Below are positions 61,601-64,000 of a stretch of DNA of 64,000 nt, piece after piece. Numbering within the stretch: the stretch's first letter is position 1; every line of letters starts with the position of its first letter. The position numbers and the translations under genes were made by a program. This stretch comes from Squalus acanthias (taxonomy: Eukaryota). The notes below the pieces were generated by a model, which searched no databases, was not told where the DNA came from, and worked only from the letters and a program-made list of their open reading frames with translations. The DNA is taken from assembly GCA_030390025.1 (NCBI GenBank), contig CM059425.1:162132001-162196000 (forward strand), in the 5' to 3' direction.

Positions 61601-62481
61601 AGGGTGAGCCATAGAGTCATGAGGCGTTCGTTTATTCCACAAGGGGAGTCTCTGAGACGCCCAACTAGCTAATTTTTTATGGCGAAGCCTACCCCATGGA
61701 GGCAGCGTTCTTCTTCAGGTTTACCATTCCAGAAGAAGGTGTAACCACCGCCTTGCTCCTTGAGCTGGCCTTCCCCTGCCCGCCGGGTCTCGCTTAGGGT
61801 GGCGATGTCTATGTCGAAACGTCTGAGCTCCCGGGCAATGATAGCAGTACGGCTTTCTGGTCTGTCACTGTTGGGGTTGTCCATGAGGGTCCTGACGTTC
61901 CAGGTCCCGAACTTCATTTTAAAGGGTGGAAGATGCCTGTGCGTGAATTCTTTTAACGTGGGGTGGCCGTTGCACACCAACTACCACACGGGCTTGACAG
62001 AGCAAGGTCTTGGTCCAATGGCAAGGGGATCCAAGATGATTGGAGACCAGGCTCTGCTACATCGGCCTAGTGCACACACACAAACATACTCCTACTGTCC
62101 TCCTCCCTCCTTCCCGCAGGTCCTCTCTGCCTGGGTTTCATAGGCTGCAGTGTGGTCCTCCCGACCCCGCTGATGGTCCGCGCTGCGCCACTCCTGGGCC
62201 TCGACCTCGCTGCTGGGCCCCGTCCTCGCTCCTGGGCCCCGTCCTCGCTCCCGAGTCCCGACCTCGCTCCCGAGTCCCGACCTCGCTCCCGAGTCCCGAC
62301 CTCGCTTCCGAGTCCTGACCTCGCTTCCGAGTCCCGACCTCCTTATAGTGTGTCTCCTTCCTGTGTCCCGCGGAGTCTCCTTCCAGTGTGTCCCGCAGTG
62401 TCTCCTTCTAGTGAGTGTGTCCCGCGATGTCTCCTTCCAGTGAGTGTGTCCCGCAGTGTCTCCTTCCAGTGAGTGCTACCT
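58684..62481 (-). mobile_element. Full-length RTE-clade LINE, frameshifted
   Basis: ATG at 61917: MKFGTWNVRTL, ISAYAPT, LGDFNARVG, NYRGVSLL, GVKQGCVIAP, QYADD, C2H2 finger CPTC..HLRTH, (GAA)n tail. 11-bp TSD tcataggcagt (58673-58683 / 62482-62492). Confidence 0.9.
62200..62475. repeat. Two tandem arrays (19-bp and 29-bp units) at the RTE 5' end
   Basis: (cctcgctcccgagtcccga)n followed by (gtctccttccagtgagtgtgtcccgcagt)n. Confidence 0.85.
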
Positions 62482-63202
62482 TCATAGGCAGTGCTACCCC
62501 AGTGGCTGCAACATGACTGGTGGAAGACTGCTGGCTTTCAGTGGGGGAGACTGCAGATGGCCTTGGAGGACGACCTCGAGAAGCTCTGGGCTTAGAAGAC
62601 AGGCTTTGGACTGCACAATCTCGGCATGGGTGGCAGCAGTCTGGGCTGGCTGGCTGACAGGCAACCAACAAGGGCACTAGCGGAGTGGCAGTGGTGGGAG
62701 GACGAATGCTGTCATCCTGAGAGAGGACAGCAGGTTCATGCTCCACAGAGCCACTGCCACTCCCCAGGGCGGCGCCTCAGCAATCCTAGTAATCTGTTGG
62801 AGGACAGATTACTGGACGGCTGTAACACCCTGCAAGTCCCTTTGAACACTGGTATCCACAGCAATGATGGCAGCAGTCTGAGCTTGTGTGGCAGTAAACT
62901 GAGCTTACATGGCAGCAAGCTGACCTTGCATGACAGAAGTCTGAGCTTGCACTGCAACACCCAGATGCTCGGTGGCTTCTGCTTGTGCTGCAATGGAAGC
63001 TGAGACATTGGCCATCAGACGCTGCATCATGGTTGCGTCTACAAGTGTTCTGATGGAGTTGGCCACCACTTCCATGCTGGAAAGGATGGGCTCCAAGTTC
63101 TGCGAGAAGCCCTGTGCCAAGTTGGTGCTGGATTCCTCTATGCTCCTTGACATTGCACAAAGGTTTTCTGGGAGGTCTGCCAATGTACCAAGCATTAGGT
63201 CC

Positions 63203-63810
63203 CTTAAGAGTCCAAAAATCTGTCTATCTCAGCCTGGAATATGCTCAACAACTGAGCATCCACAGCCCTTTGGGGTAGAGAATTCCAAAGATTCAGAACC
63301 CTCTGAGTGAAGAAATTCCTTCTCATCTCAGTCTTAAATGGCCGACCCCTTATCCTGAGACTATGCCCCCGAGTTCTAGGCTCTCCAGCCAGGGGAAACA
63401 ACCTCTCAGCATCTACCCTGTCGATCCCCCTCAGAATCTTATATGTTTCAATGAGATCACCTCTCATTCTTCTAAACTCCAGAGACTATAGGCCCAATCT
63501 ACACAATCTCTCCTCATAGGACAACCCTCTTATCCCAGGGATCAATCTAGTGAACCTTCGTTGCACCGCCTCTAAGGCAAGTATGTTCTTCCTCAGATAA
63601 GGAGACCAAAACTGTGCACAGTACTCCAGGTGTGGTCTCACCAAAGCCTGTACAATTGTAGTAAGAATTCTTTACTCTTGTACTCCAACCCCCTTGCAAT
63701 AAAGACCAACATGCCATTTGCCTTCCTAATTGCTTGCTGTACCTGCATGCTAGCTTTCTGTGTTTCCTGTACGAGGACACCTAAATCCCTCTGAACACCA
63801 ACATTCTGCA
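63203..63810 (-). mobile_element. CR1 ORF2 3' fragment
   Basis: VQRDLGVLVQETQK..MRGDLIETYKIL..FFTQRVLNLWNSLP. Confidence 0.88.
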
Positions 63811-64000
63811 AGAGAGAGGGCAGTGTGTCAGTGAGTGTCATGCAATCTGTTTGGAGAATTTGGCTGTCATGGGAGAATAGCTGGCAGTGTGTGCATGCTG
63901 TGAGATGTGGGTGTGAGGCTTGCAGCAGTGCTAAGTGTATGTGGGCAAGATGAAGCTATGAATGTTAGGTATGAGTCCTGATTGATAGAGATTGTTGGTA

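Larger units (their letters stand above)
57816..64000. mobile_element. Harbinger remnant (transposase on +, Myb-partner gene 3' part on -) interrupted by RTE and CR1
   Basis: DCTHV..KGFHSLNIQLVCD..YPGSSHDAFIL..WLLGDKGYP..YNESH at ~57850-58383. Sequence after 62482 is homologous to the Harbinger at ~16900-17100. Confidence 0.8.

Noticed and set aside
61920..62100. HDV-like ribozyme in RTE 5' UTR
   Set aside because: Stems are present, but I could not assign P1.1, P4 or the catalytic J4/2, so it is not called as a feature.
62200..62475. CRISPR-like array
   Set aside because: Head-to-tail tandem units without unique spacers, no cas genes, vertebrate context.

Overview
Vertebrate genomic DNA, most likely from a cartilaginous fish. 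This is inferred from the repeats: an HE1-like V-SINE paired with CR1/HER1, DeuSINE, Neptune-type Penelope elements and Harbingers. The only host gene I can support is a KIAA0825 orthologue on the minus strand. Three coding exons (47026-47156, 4393-4561, 1632-2301) splice in frame, and the first two are separated by a ~42.5 kb intron. The rest is mostly nested transposable elements. These include a class I (gamma/epsilon-like) endogenous retrovirus with ~99% identical LTRs, a tRNA-Gln PBS and a decayed gag-pol, sitting in a Penelope element that sits in a CR1. There are also several Penelope-like elements with minimal hammerhead ribozyme motifs, an intact two-ORF CR1, near-complete L2 and RTE elements, four Harbinger derivatives, MITEs and SINEs. 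The most unusual observations are the provirus 3' junction (38 bp of host flank where the PPT should be), the young but non-autonomous ERV, and the hammerhead set. Boundaries of degenerate repeats are approximate. No database searches were run.
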